DNA of 64,000 nucleotides from Corallococcus exiguus (GTDB lineage Bacteria; Myxococcota; Myxococcia; Myxococcales; Myxococcaceae): NCBI RefSeq assembly GCF_009909105.1, contig NZ_JAAAPK010000002.1, positions 285,827 to 349,826 of the forward strand, read 5' to 3'. Shown piece by piece: positions 9,201 to 16,585 of this stretch (position 1 is its first letter; each line of letters starts with the position of its first letter). The notes under the pieces were generated by a model. It saw only the letters and a program-made list of their open reading frames with translations, ran no database searches and was not told where the DNA came from. The position numbers and the translations under genes were made by a program.

Positions 9201-10882
9201 CGGTGGTCTCCGACAACCACCTCTTCGCGTGCGCGGGCCTGCCCACCGCGGGCGAGCCCGGCCTGGGCCAGGCGGTGGCCTCGTTCGTGGGCTCTGGCGA
9301 GCTGGTGGTGAAGGGCAACGTCTTCCTGGAGAGCGGCAACACGCTGCCGCAGGCGGTGCTCCACGAGGTGGCCATCGACTGGCGAGGCGAGACGGTGGTG
9401 CGCGGCAACACCGTGCGCCACGCGGGCGGCGGTGGCGGAGGCGCGGGCGTCCTCGTCGTCACCGACACGCTGCCTCCGGACCTGGTGGCGAAGCTGTCGC
9501 GCGTACCCTTCCTCGCCACGGACCCGGTGCCCAAACCGAGCACGGATGGCCGCACGGTCCCCGGCAACTCCGCGCCGTCCTCCATCGCCACGCTCGCGTC
9601 GGTGCCCCGCGTGGAGGACCTGGTGCAGCTGGGTTCGTTGAAGCAGAAGTTCGCCGCGGGGCCGGTGCTCAACCGCGCGCTCACGGTGACGGCCGCGGAC
9701 TTCGCGCCCACCCTGAGCGCCAGCGCGGCGGCCTCGCGCTACCTCTCGGCGACGACGGCGCTCGTGCAGCCCGCGTTGGTGGACTTCCTCGTCAAGCCCA
9801 TCCCCATCCTTCCGAAGCCGGTGGTGAAGGAGAAGCGGGGCGTGCAGGTGGAGGGCAACGACATCACCGCGCGAGGCCCGGCGCTGCTCCTGCTGGGCAA
9901 TGGCGGCGCGGTCATCTCCGCGGCCGTGTCCGGCAACGAGCTGCGCAGCGAGGGCGGCGTGGGCGCGGTGTACCTGCGCCGCGCGGACTCCACCGTCTTC
10001 AGCGGCAACCGGTGCCAGTGCCTGGACGCCGTGAACGTCGTCGTCCTGCGCGTGGAGAAAGCGCCGGTGACCTTCACCGGCAACGTGGTGCTGGGCGCGG
10101 AGACGGTGACGCCGCCCCCGCCGGTGGTGCGTCCCCAGTGGCTGATGCCCTCGGACAGGCTGACGCTCCAGATTCCCGTGGGCGGAGGCTCCACCCTGGG
10201 CGTGCCCCTGGACCAGGAGCTGCTCCTGGGTGGCCTCCAGCGCCGCCGCGACGTGGCGAGCGATGCCTTCTCCACGCTGCTCGCGGAGCTCGTCTTCCAA
10301 CCCACGCCCCTCCCGCCCCAGGCCCGGGCGGAGATCCCCGCCAAGGGCGTGCTGGACAACACCACGATGCAGGACGTCCGCTCGAAGCTGCCCGCGACCA
10401 TGGACGTGAGCATGGCGGCCCGGACGCTCTACGGCATCGCGGTGACCAAGGACGACTCGCCCACGAGCGCCCTGCGGGACCTGGTGGACCGCGTCGCGAT
10501 GCACGCGGACAAGCCCGAGGACGTGCAGGGCCAGGTGCGCTCCGTGCTGACCGCGGCGGACGGCGACCCGAAGAAGGCCCTCCAGCTGGTGGACAAGAGC
10601 GTGCTCGGCATCGACTCGGCGGCGTCCACGGTGAAGGAGAGCATCCTCAACGTCTCCGTGCTGCACGAGGTGCTGGCGGACTCGTTCTACACGGGCGGCA
10701 CCACCGGCCCCATCCCGGTGCAGGACGCGGGCATCCGGCCCCTCCCGCCGGAGCCGCTACCGGATCCGTATGCCCACTCCGTCATCATCCTGGGCGGCTC
10801 GCGCGTGGCGGCCGTCGGCAACGCGACCACCTCCGGTGTGCACGTCCAGGAAGCCGACGCCGTGGTGGAGCTCAACCCGTAG
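3275..10882 (+). CDS. Giant (2535 aa) mosaic protein: unknown N-terminal ~650 aa, PbH1 parallel beta-helix block, ~500-aa Ala/Leu/Gln-rich alpha-helical (tape-measure-like) block, second beta-helix block, unknown C-terminus.
   Basis: ATG at 3275 overlaps the stop of the upstream gene (ATGA). ~22-aa 'N.V....GI.V' repeats (nt ~5300-7100 and ~8950-10100). Long helical low-complexity segment at nt ~7300-8950. Strong GC3 codon bias throughout. Confidence 0.7.
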   Translation: MTVKAYTSRSRFDEARRFSGVYQQMGRMSLDADWNEEVRLRTVDSRRRSADVAEGSPDDGFRIVDTYLVDPIRNVLGWTGQGLPADDERIIPRELRLDRYDSETLPFVVRSRGHIALRRTLPAPLDLTAVPRSDSTTFTASVLVIGLRFERPLTDDEFIDLRVVVADTEGNEAVLSAGLGQRPTGWNDVRFPVAAFAGVDPTKLSSWGVLGLPPVARTWVAALRVEDAALGADIIIRGGDGTLPGAGRMLLDGVRIFLEQDLRYSVQLDLPEADPLAALPTDGSRHHFFFLDCWEQTTTQYDDAFLEEPALDGQDTTVRLRLVTQVRALQGLSDTDAEVLPTPTSGARLTTNIPKGALPDRFPPEPLDPCRDRCLSTENASTGEGYTGSDNLHFRVEFFRGGAQPVVLWSRDNGSTVLPLTAPAAADAMTLQVSPASAAKLRAGDLVVIEDRVTRLQPEGPSLPVLRRLRGVQADTGKLELADASTVLTTDPVPLPVGGTLGRAFSPEQGAVVRRWDGGDLVVPNTRYRFDDGITLAFGNTEGRATEYWSFTVRVRAADGAARGEVEQLTDAPVHGPVHHCVPLARVTGGETRIFEDLRPRYLPLAQVRDRLVELSERVIGPGVFTVVVGDGVRSFGDVDQDLLEGITGDEALQAAVDRMGGQGGSIFVRAGRYKLEHPVLLRNLSSVHLLGDGEATELRTQGSGGAFFLDRCGLDGDVRIEDLKLVEAPFEDVVIGGGLQPVVKAVKTSVALSNGQRFVPLVEVDDDRVLEEDDVKHPSAEADFVDVVVDRIKAIVPGQGRAAGSVVATLVQLRKLQRQHPGQPLEDVPEAKPLLDALAALPHGVVTLADSSGVTLRRCHIQANQAGSEATGVLVTGTCARIVIDENRVGAATGIAVAPYAPYLAERFLASFPRAGLFVDALAITNNRLQPLGDATTGIHVADGRLAGVEVRGNSVQGFQVGILVQDLAEGGLAGPVDRVVVAENQILGSAAVGIQVAGDGVDVVGNEIRNAVSDSLFQVGIQLVGRALRVRESWISLPAVPAASVLGVVAGIVVGDGLDDGASNGRPASDVEVVDNRIEGDGESTPGFGILLGGPQPVFDVRIRGNVVRALGDSAVRTWGTGGAVGRLRVEDNRFEQVALADVPSQEDNTLALSRLDPGLEAVLSADAKSRPRPLVEALLANATTRVRAPLDAALRWLERLTLRGAVVLAGVDEAQVRGNRLLQVGRTEAYGAPGLPDAEVRAAGIAVVSGSGITVEGNEVDGVHAPVTTTQPPPVTGPVKLPPITVVLQQLSVTSSTVRPERADVHGAVVGLYAIVLQYTGANVDGRQKAGRGLYGPLDTLVVELEDLGTVPDSILSALENDVAELRAAQSFNDHTQTAHAVRSSLSRASSFTAPDPVSQEAWDMVAQFDLATVSGKDAVVATADRIKGAFDSLVQGLPSDTQEGLLKALARVQGGPTDLTALVTLAGALSQVAQLREAQAQRARQPVIGQAVGPKKTIIGTFAQAALQQLPLQPGTRDAKANTDVLVQLRLSKEALTDQLQELHPALASQVEADYRDVERTGGKMQPVVDRMRATLKQVLDFTTGVLPPSDVAPEDGTRIAAQGITATIGLYATNLDRQAAGLVTESDDTVEKQLRAFGTAVGQLGELVSGDAELSALSLQAHQAVVDAIAQPQKRMEQVAIARSLLDRIRVQTLEVLPMPLPPVPPKAEPLERWVSALGALVLAVRDMAPGPVLSGSLQLYLSQYDRVLDIAGIQGRLRTLALQRVSDAITALTSGNGGVPARQALHLLVDEPATTAAEAVARSSAVTAELDAAAVLLRAVEQALDPDEDDASRVARLQEYLRQRSDKVSASLVAVVTGMQELDGILDMLSKSLEQLARGEAPDPGDLVDPVFDTFPLPADGLFVSGVQGRVRLADNTVRDTVTGITALGAAGHLLTEAPTDPGSLLDVDGNRLEGCAVSGLRLRPDLSVTVVSDNHLFACAGLPTAGEPGLGQAVASFVGSGELVVKGNVFLESGNTLPQAVLHEVAIDWRGETVVRGNTVRHAGGGGGGAGVLVVTDTLPPDLVAKLSRVPFLATDPVPKPSTDGRTVPGNSAPSSIATLASVPRVEDLVQLGSLKQKFAAGPVLNRALTVTAADFAPTLSASAAASRYLSATTALVQPALVDFLVKPIPILPKPVVKEKRGVQVEGNDITARGPALLLLGNGGAVISAAVSGNELRSEGGVGAVYLRRADSTVFSGNRCQCLDAVNVVVLRVEKAPVTFTGNVVLGAETVTPPPPVVRPQWLMPSDRLTLQIPVGGGSTLGVPLDQELLLGGLQRRRDVASDAFSTLLAELVFQPTPLPPQARAEIPAKGVLDNTTMQDVRSKLPATMDVSMAARTLYGIAVTKDDSPTSALRDLVDRVAMHADKPEDVQGQVRSVLTAADGDPKKALQLVDKSVLGIDSAASTVKESILNVSVLHEVLADSFYTGGTTGPIPVQDAGIRPLPPEPLPDPYAHSVIILGGSRVAAVGNATTSGVHVQEADAVVELNP

Positions 10883-10913
10883 CGCTGGAAGTCCCTTTCG
10901 CGAGGACACCCCC

Positions 10914-11255
10914 ATGCCCGACCCCTTCGCCCTCAGTGGCCTTGTCGCCCTCCAGCGCACCGCGCTGCCCGAAGTCTCCCTCTCCGCCACGCCGGACGCG
11001 CCCGACGCGAAGGCCGCGACGCTGGAGAACCTGGCCGGCACGCGCGCGAAGCTGGACCTGGACACCTCCGTGCTCCGGGCGCTGGACGTGCGCATCTCCC
11101 GTCTGCCGCCGGTGCCCACGGTGCCCGTGACGCTCCAGGACCTGGTGCGCGCCGCGCGCCGCAGGCTCGCCTCCGAGCGCCAGCGCGACGTGGGCGTCTG
11201 GGTGGACACGCGCGTGAAGCTGGCCACGCGGCTGGTGCAGAAGCTGGAGGAGTGA
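10914..11255 (+). CDS. Hypothetical protein, 113 aa, predicted alpha-helical.
   Basis: ATG with 'gagga' RBS 31 nt after the stop of the giant gene. Its stop overlaps the next start. Confidence 0.5.
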   Translation: MPDPFALSGLVALQRTALPEVSLSATPDAPDAKAATLENLAGTRAKLDLDTSVLRALDVRISRLPPVPTVPVTLQDLVRAARRRLASERQRDVGVWVDTRVKLATRLVQKLEE

Positions 11256-11464
11256 TGCGCAAGCTGCTCGAAGCCAGCATGGGGCAGCGCTGCTACCTCT
11301 TCACCACGCTGGGCCAGGTGTACGTGGGCCTGGTGGTGGAGCTCATCGACGACGTCGTCCACCTCACCGGGCCGGATGGCGCCACACCCGTCTACATCAA
11401 CCTGTCGGACGTCTCCGGCGTGCGCCAGTACGACGAGGACGACGACCTGGGGAGCGCGCGATGA
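11252..11464 (+). CDS. Small beta-rich hypothetical protein (70 aa) immediately upstream of the spike gene.
   Basis: GTG/ATG start overlapping the upstream stop (GTGATG). Its stop overlaps the spike ATG (ATGA). Coding-type codon bias. Confidence 0.5.
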   Translation: MMRKLLEASMGQRCYLFTTLGQVYVGLVVELIDDVVHLTGPDGATPVYINLSDVSGVRQYDEDDDLGSAR

Positions 11465-12648
11465 TCGAACAACTGCTGCAGCAGCTCATCGAACGCACGG
11501 AGAGCCGCTACTTCGGCAAGTACCGGGGCTATGTGACGAACGTCTCGGATCCGCTCAACCTGGGGCGCATCCAGTGCGTGGTGCCGCGCCTGATGGGGGA
11601 CGTGGCCACGGGCTGGGCCATGCCGTGCACGCCATACGCGGGACCGGATCAGGGCCTCTTCGTGGTGCCGGACGTGGGCGCGGGCGTCTGGGTGGAGTTC
11701 GAGGGCGGAGACCTATCCCAACCCATCTGGAGCGGCATGTGGTGGGGGCAGCCCGCGCTCGCGGACCTGGGCCAGCCGGACTCCACCGCGCGAGTGGCCC
11801 CGGACGTCAGTGAGATTCCCAAGCACGATTACCCGCCCCAGTCCGCGGTGCCGGGCGTGCGGATGCTCAAGTCCGCCACGGGCCACTACATCGTCCTGGA
11901 CGACCGGCCGGAGACCGCGCGCGTGGAGATCCACGACCGGCAGGGCAACCGCGTCATCCTGTCCGCGGAAGGCCTGGACCGGCTCATCAGCAACGAGCGC
12001 ACGGTGAACGAGGGCAACCGCTCCGCGGAGGTGGACGGCGACGACCACCTGGAGGTGGCGGGCAAGCAGGACGAGACGGTGGACGGCAGCCACACCCGCG
12101 ACGTGGGCGGGGACGTGTCGCTGCACGTGACGGGGTCGCTGACGGAAAAGGTGGACGTGGCGGGCTACTCGCGCACGGTGGGTGGCAGCGGCCTGAAGGA
12201 GATCGTCGGCGGCCCGCGTGAGGACCGCATCCAGGGCAGCCACACGCGCATCGTCTCCGGCGCGTCGCAGGAAACAGCGGTGGGAGGCTACGGCGTCACG
12301 TCCGGCGGCAACGTGAACCTCGCGGCGGGCAAGGCGGTGACGGTGGCCGCGGCGATGCCGGACATGCCGGGCCCGTCGCTCAACGCCGTCTCCATCGACG
12401 CGTTGGCAGGCAACGTGTCCATCAACACGATGCTGGGCGTGTGCCAGATGGGAGGCCTCACCGCCATCTCGCCCATGGTGTTGGGGGACGGGCTGGCCAT
12501 CCACTTCACGATGCTGGCGCAGATCCTCAAGGCGGTGAACCCGATGACGGTGGCTGCGTACGGGCCGCTCCTGGATGTCTGGGCGGCGATGACGCCAATG
12601 CTGGACTGGTCCTACTTCGGCTTCGTCAAGCGCATGCCGGTGGGGTGA
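11461..12648 (+). CDS. Phage baseplate spike protein (gpV / gp5 / VgrG-C-like): N-terminal OB-fold spike domain followed by a triple-beta-helix-like repeat region.
   Basis: 'FGKYRGYVTNVSDPLNLGRIQCVVPRLMGD...GWAMPCTPYAGPDQGLFVVPDVGAGVWVEFEGGDLSQPIWSGMWW' matches the Phage_base_V/Gp5_OB signature (the 'G.WVEFEGGD...P.W.G' core). It is followed by repeated 'V.G.....V.G' beta-helix units. Confidence 0.85.
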   Translation: MIEQLLQQLIERTESRYFGKYRGYVTNVSDPLNLGRIQCVVPRLMGDVATGWAMPCTPYAGPDQGLFVVPDVGAGVWVEFEGGDLSQPIWSGMWWGQPALADLGQPDSTARVAPDVSEIPKHDYPPQSAVPGVRMLKSATGHYIVLDDRPETARVEIHDRQGNRVILSAEGLDRLISNERTVNEGNRSAEVDGDDHLEVAGKQDETVDGSHTRDVGGDVSLHVTGSLTEKVDVAGYSRTVGGSGLKEIVGGPREDRIQGSHTRIVSGASQETAVGGYGVTSGGNVNLAAGKAVTVAAAMPDMPGPSLNAVSIDALAGNVSINTMLGVCQMGGLTAISPMVLGDGLAIHFTMLAQILKAVNPMTVAAYGPLLDVWAAMTPMLDWSYFGFVKRMPVG

Positions 12649-12652
12649 CGCG

Positions 12653-12847
12653 ATGAAGGCTCCCGACTGGAAGCCACTGGAAGCCTCGGTGCTGCGCGAG
12701 CGGCTGGAGGAGGTGAAGGCCCTGCTGCTCCAGGCGGCGGCGGTGGGCGTGGCCCAGGACGCCGAGCGGCTGGAGAAGCTGATGGAGCTGGAACAACGCA
12801 CCCGGGAGGACGCGCGTGGCCGAGTTCAACGACGCCGCTATCGCTGA
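12653..12847 (+). CDS. Questionable small ORF (64 aa, coiled-coil-like). Overlaps the start of the next gene by 32 nt in another frame.
   Basis: ATG 5 nt after the spike stop. The C-terminal Arg-rich tail looks like out-of-frame read-through. It contains the RBS of the next gene. Confidence 0.25.
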   Translation: MKAPDWKPLEASVLRERLEEVKALLLQAAAVGVAQDAERLEKLMELEQRTREDARGRVQRRRYR

Positions 12848-14426
12848 GCTCCACGGCGCGCTGGAGGCCTGCTGCGAGGACCTGGCGAAGGCATTGGAGG
12901 ATGCGGAAGGCACGGACGCCACCGGCACTGAGGCCGGGGGCGGGCCCGCGTGGCGGCCGCTGCTGATCGGCGTGCCGCCGGGGTTGGAGCAGCTGGTGGG
13001 CATCATCAAGCCGCCGCTGCAGATCATCATCGCGGTGCTCCAGTTCGTGCAGGCGCTGCTCCAGGCGCTGGCGGCCATCCTCCTGGGCCTGCCGGATCCG
13101 TTCCGGGCGCTCATCCTCGCGGCCTACGAGCTGCTCAAGGACATCATCAACGACCTGCTCAACGCGGGCGCGTACCTCTACGCCGACGCGCCGGGCATCG
13201 GGCCCACGGAGACGAACCTGGCGGAGACGGGCTTCATCCCGAACATCCCCAAGGACTTCAAGGCGGGCTTCGCGCTGGAGCGCCCGCCAGTGACGCCGGA
13301 CGGCTTCGCGCGCTGGGCGGGGCGGTTCGTCGCGTCCTTCGATGATCCGGGGGACGACTCGCGCCCGACGGTGACGGACGGCGCGCCGGTGCAGGCGGTG
13401 TTCATCGTGATGGCGGCACCGTCGCTGGATGCACTCCGGCAGGCGCTGTACCTGCTGGGCAAGCTGCTCAACATCAGCGCGTTCAAGAAGGCGTTCGAGA
13501 AATACCCGAAGGGCGCGCTGGATCCGCGCCGCAGCCGGGCGCGTGGCAGGTCGGTGAAGCCGGACTGGAAGTCCGCGCGCATGCGCGACCTGTTCCCGGA
13601 CCTGGAGAAGCTGCTCATCCTCCCGGAGGCGCTGAGGGCGCTGCTCCTGTCGGTGGACAACCTGGCGACGCTTCTGCGGAGTCTCGCCGCCGCGATGCAG
13701 GACAAGGTGCAGGTGTTGATGAAGCTGGCGCAGGCGGTGCAGGCCATCATCGACCTGCTGAACGCGCTCAAGTCCGCGGGCATGTACGCGCTGCCGGTGT
13801 CCACGACGGGCGGAGTGGCGGGGCTGAAGCAGGCCTTCCTCACGGCGACGAACCGGCCCCCGGGAGGCTACGTGGGAGGCATCTGCCTGCTGGCGGCGGG
13901 GCCCAACCTGGCGAAGGCCGCGATGCTCTGGGAACTGCTGGGCCTGTCCGCGGCGATGGAGCTGGCATCGGGAGACCTCACGCTCCAGGACGTGAAGAAG
14001 GCCCTGCTGGAGAGCGAGGCCGCGCAGGTGCTGGAGGCGAGCGGTGACGAGGTGAAGGACGCCTGGGGCAACCTGAAGACGAAGGCCCAGAAGCAGGCGG
14101 ACAAGTTCGTGAACGCGGTGGAGAAGGCGCCCGAGAGGTTCGTGAAGGCGGTGGGGCGCACGCCCGATGAACTGAAGGCCGCGGCCGAGCGGAGCCGCTC
14201 CGCGCTGGTGGAGGTGCTGGACCAGTCGAAGGAGCACGTGGAGGAACAGAAGGAGATCCTGGAGGGCATGGCGTCCACGAAGCACTCCCAGCGCCGGGGA
14301 GGGCGTTCACTGGCCATCGGCTTCGGAGGTCCAGGCGCGTCCGAACGTCCGCCGAGTCCGCAGCCCCCCGCGGCTGACACGTCCACGCCGCCACCCGGCA
14401 CGCCGAAGAAGGGAAACGGCCCGTGA
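12816..14426 (+). CDS. Hypothetical protein (536 aa), mostly alpha-helical with a hydrophobic N-proximal segment. Candidate structural/assembly component of the spike module.
   Basis: GTG start with 'gggagga' RBS. Its stop overlaps the next start (GTGA). No recognisable motif. Confidence 0.55.
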   Translation: MAEFNDAAIAELHGALEACCEDLAKALEDAEGTDATGTEAGGGPAWRPLLIGVPPGLEQLVGIIKPPLQIIIAVLQFVQALLQALAAILLGLPDPFRALILAAYELLKDIINDLLNAGAYLYADAPGIGPTETNLAETGFIPNIPKDFKAGFALERPPVTPDGFARWAGRFVASFDDPGDDSRPTVTDGAPVQAVFIVMAAPSLDALRQALYLLGKLLNISAFKKAFEKYPKGALDPRRSRARGRSVKPDWKSARMRDLFPDLEKLLILPEALRALLLSVDNLATLLRSLAAAMQDKVQVLMKLAQAVQAIIDLLNALKSAGMYALPVSTTGGVAGLKQAFLTATNRPPGGYVGGICLLAAGPNLAKAAMLWELLGLSAAMELASGDLTLQDVKKALLESEAAQVLEASGDEVKDAWGNLKTKAQKQADKFVNAVEKAPERFVKAVGRTPDELKAAAERSRSALVEVLDQSKEHVEEQKEILEGMASTKHSQRRGGRSLAIGFGGPGASERPPSPQPPAADTSTPPPGTPKKGNGP

Positions 14427-16585
14427 GCGCGGTGACGCGCCTGAGCGCGGAGCTGGACGGCTGGACGGCGGCATGGAAGCAGCTGGAGGCGTTCCTGGAC
14501 CGCATGGACGGCGTGGCGGATCAGGACGCGCCACACGTCCAGACGGTGTGCGCGCTCCTGCCCGTGTTCAACGTCATCGAGCGGGCCCGTCGTCGCGCGG
14601 TGGGCATCGCGCTAGCGCCAGCCCTGGCCGCCGCGCCCCGGGGCGAAGGCCTGCCGAATGTGTCCGTCGGTTCGCTCGTGGGGAGTGAGAGCCGGCTGCC
14701 GGGCGCGGAGGAGCTGGAGTTCGCGGTGGGCACCATCGGAGCGGATGGAGACGGGAAGCTCACGGGAGCGGCGGTGCTCGCTGGCACGGTGACGCTGTTC
14801 GCGTTCCGCGACGAGAAGCACGGCGGCGAGGTGGCGGTGCGAGTGCCCACGTATGACTTCGGGCCCCTGTCGGCGAGCGGCACCGTGGAGGACGCCATCG
14901 ACGCGGGGCTGTTCACCACGGACCAGCGGAAGGATGCGGCGGAGAGCGGCGTCGCGGAGCTGGGGACCTGGACGGGCCTGCGCACCACGAGGCGGGCGGA
15001 GCTGAAGACGACATCGGAGACGGTGTCCCTGAGCAGCGTGCTGGATGGGCTGAGCGTCTCGTCGACATCCAGCGCCTTTGATCCGGTGGCGTCCGGGGCC
15101 TCAACCCGCCAGAGCGAGTGCCTGGCGGACCGGAACGTGCTGCTCCAGGCGAAGGCCACGCTGGAGGAGCAGGGCGCGGCACCTGAGTTGACGGATGCGC
15201 TCCAACGCGCGGCGGACTCACTTCAGGCGTCGGCGACGGACTACGGAGCGGTGGCCACGGCGCTCCAGCCGCCACGCACCGTGACTGCGTCCGTGTCGGG
15301 GCTTGCGTCGTTGAAGACCACGCTGCGGAGGGCGGATTCACCCGGCATCCCCGGACAGCTGTCCAACGAGCTGACGACGTTGGACATCGAGGCAGGGAAG
15401 GGAATGGACGAGGCGGTGGCGTCGCGGCTGGCATATCCGGACGGGTCGCTGCGGATGCTCCGGACGTTGGAATGGTCGCTGCGCTTCCACTGGGTGTTCC
15501 GTCAGCGATGGTTCGACGTGCGCAACCGGGCTGCTCTGGCACCGCTGCTGAAGCTCGTGCTGAAGCCATTCTGCGACAGCCTGACGCGAGTGCTCGCGGG
15601 ACAGTCCACGGGAATCCCGCTGGTGGGACCGGTGGCCCTGGTGAAGGACACGCTCACGCAGGCGACGGTGTTGTCGGTGACGCCCACGGTGGACCTGGGA
15701 CAAGTGCAGCCGGGACATGTGGCGAACGTGGGAGGGGACCGGCCCACGCTGGCGCTGGTGCTGGGCTGGGAGGTGAAAGGAGCCGAGAAGCGACTGCGAA
15801 TCGCACCGCTGAATGTGTCCATCGCGACGGACGCGAAGCTGCCGGGTGTCGCCGGGCTGGTGAGGAGTGGCTCGCCCGTGAGTGGAAGCGCGGTGTCCAT
15901 CTCCACGCAGGAATTGATGGAGGGACACGCGGCGGCGGGTCCGCAGGCGGACGGGGTGGTGCAGGAGATCATCGCTCTGGGAGCGAAGCTGAGCCTGATC
16001 CTGGGGCAGGTCGGAGGCGCGCTGGGACTGGTGCCGTCATCGGTGGCCGCGCCGTATCCAGGCCAGACGTTCAAGTTGCTGCCGCCGGTGGAGGTCGGCG
16101 CGACGCGACTGTTCCTGGATGGCGTTCCGCTGACGAGCACATCTGGCTCAAGCAAACCGATGCAGGTTGCAAGGCCCGGGGAGCTGTTGCTCGTGCGCGG
16201 AGCGGATGATGAAGGAACGTGGTGGCAGGGAGTGGCCACCGTGGACACGGTGGACGTGCGCACGGGCGCGGCGGCCCGAGCGGACGACGAGGTGACAACG
16301 ACGCCCACTCCGCTGTGCTGCGAGGACGACGAGGAGGTCGTGGTCATCACGCTGCGCGACCTGCAGATGCCCAAGGCGCTGGTGCGCGACGTGACGCTGC
16401 GGCGCGACTTCAAGGGCTTCGGAGGCCCAAGTCTCGCCACGGGAGTCATGCTCCCCATCGAGCTGGATTCAGGCACGGCCAACATCACGGTGCAGGACGG
16501 CGGCGTGACGAAGACGGTGTTGAGGGACCCGGAGTTGAGAGCCGCGACCACGGTCCTCAAGTCCTGGCTGGGAGTGCCGACATGA
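14423..16585 (+). CDS. Hypothetical protein (720 aa), beta-rich C-terminal half. Position (third gene after the spike) is compatible with a baseplate wedge role, but no motif was recognised.
   Basis: GTG start overlapping the previous stop. Its stop overlaps the next ATG (ATGA). Coding bias. Confidence 0.55.
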   Translation: MSAVTRLSAELDGWTAAWKQLEAFLDRMDGVADQDAPHVQTVCALLPVFNVIERARRRAVGIALAPALAAAPRGEGLPNVSVGSLVGSESRLPGAEELEFAVGTIGADGDGKLTGAAVLAGTVTLFAFRDEKHGGEVAVRVPTYDFGPLSASGTVEDAIDAGLFTTDQRKDAAESGVAELGTWTGLRTTRRAELKTTSETVSLSSVLDGLSVSSTSSAFDPVASGASTRQSECLADRNVLLQAKATLEEQGAAPELTDALQRAADSLQASATDYGAVATALQPPRTVTASVSGLASLKTTLRRADSPGIPGQLSNELTTLDIEAGKGMDEAVASRLAYPDGSLRMLRTLEWSLRFHWVFRQRWFDVRNRAALAPLLKLVLKPFCDSLTRVLAGQSTGIPLVGPVALVKDTLTQATVLSVTPTVDLGQVQPGHVANVGGDRPTLALVLGWEVKGAEKRLRIAPLNVSIATDAKLPGVAGLVRSGSPVSGSAVSISTQELMEGHAAAGPQADGVVQEIIALGAKLSLILGQVGGALGLVPSSVAAPYPGQTFKLLPPVEVGATRLFLDGVPLTSTSGSSKPMQVARPGELLLVRGADDEGTWWQGVATVDTVDVRTGAAARADDEVTTTPTPLCCEDDEEVVVITLRDLQMPKALVRDVTLRRDFKGFGGPSLATGVMLPIELDSGTANITVQDGGVTKTVLRDPELRAATTVLKSWLGVPT

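Noticed and set aside
8786-10666. 626-aa ORF antisense to the giant gene
   Set aside because: Same as above: high-GC antisense artefact.
12612-14285. 557-aa minus-strand ORF
   Set aside because: Antisense of the 536-aa gene. Low-complexity Arg/Leu/Gln composition.
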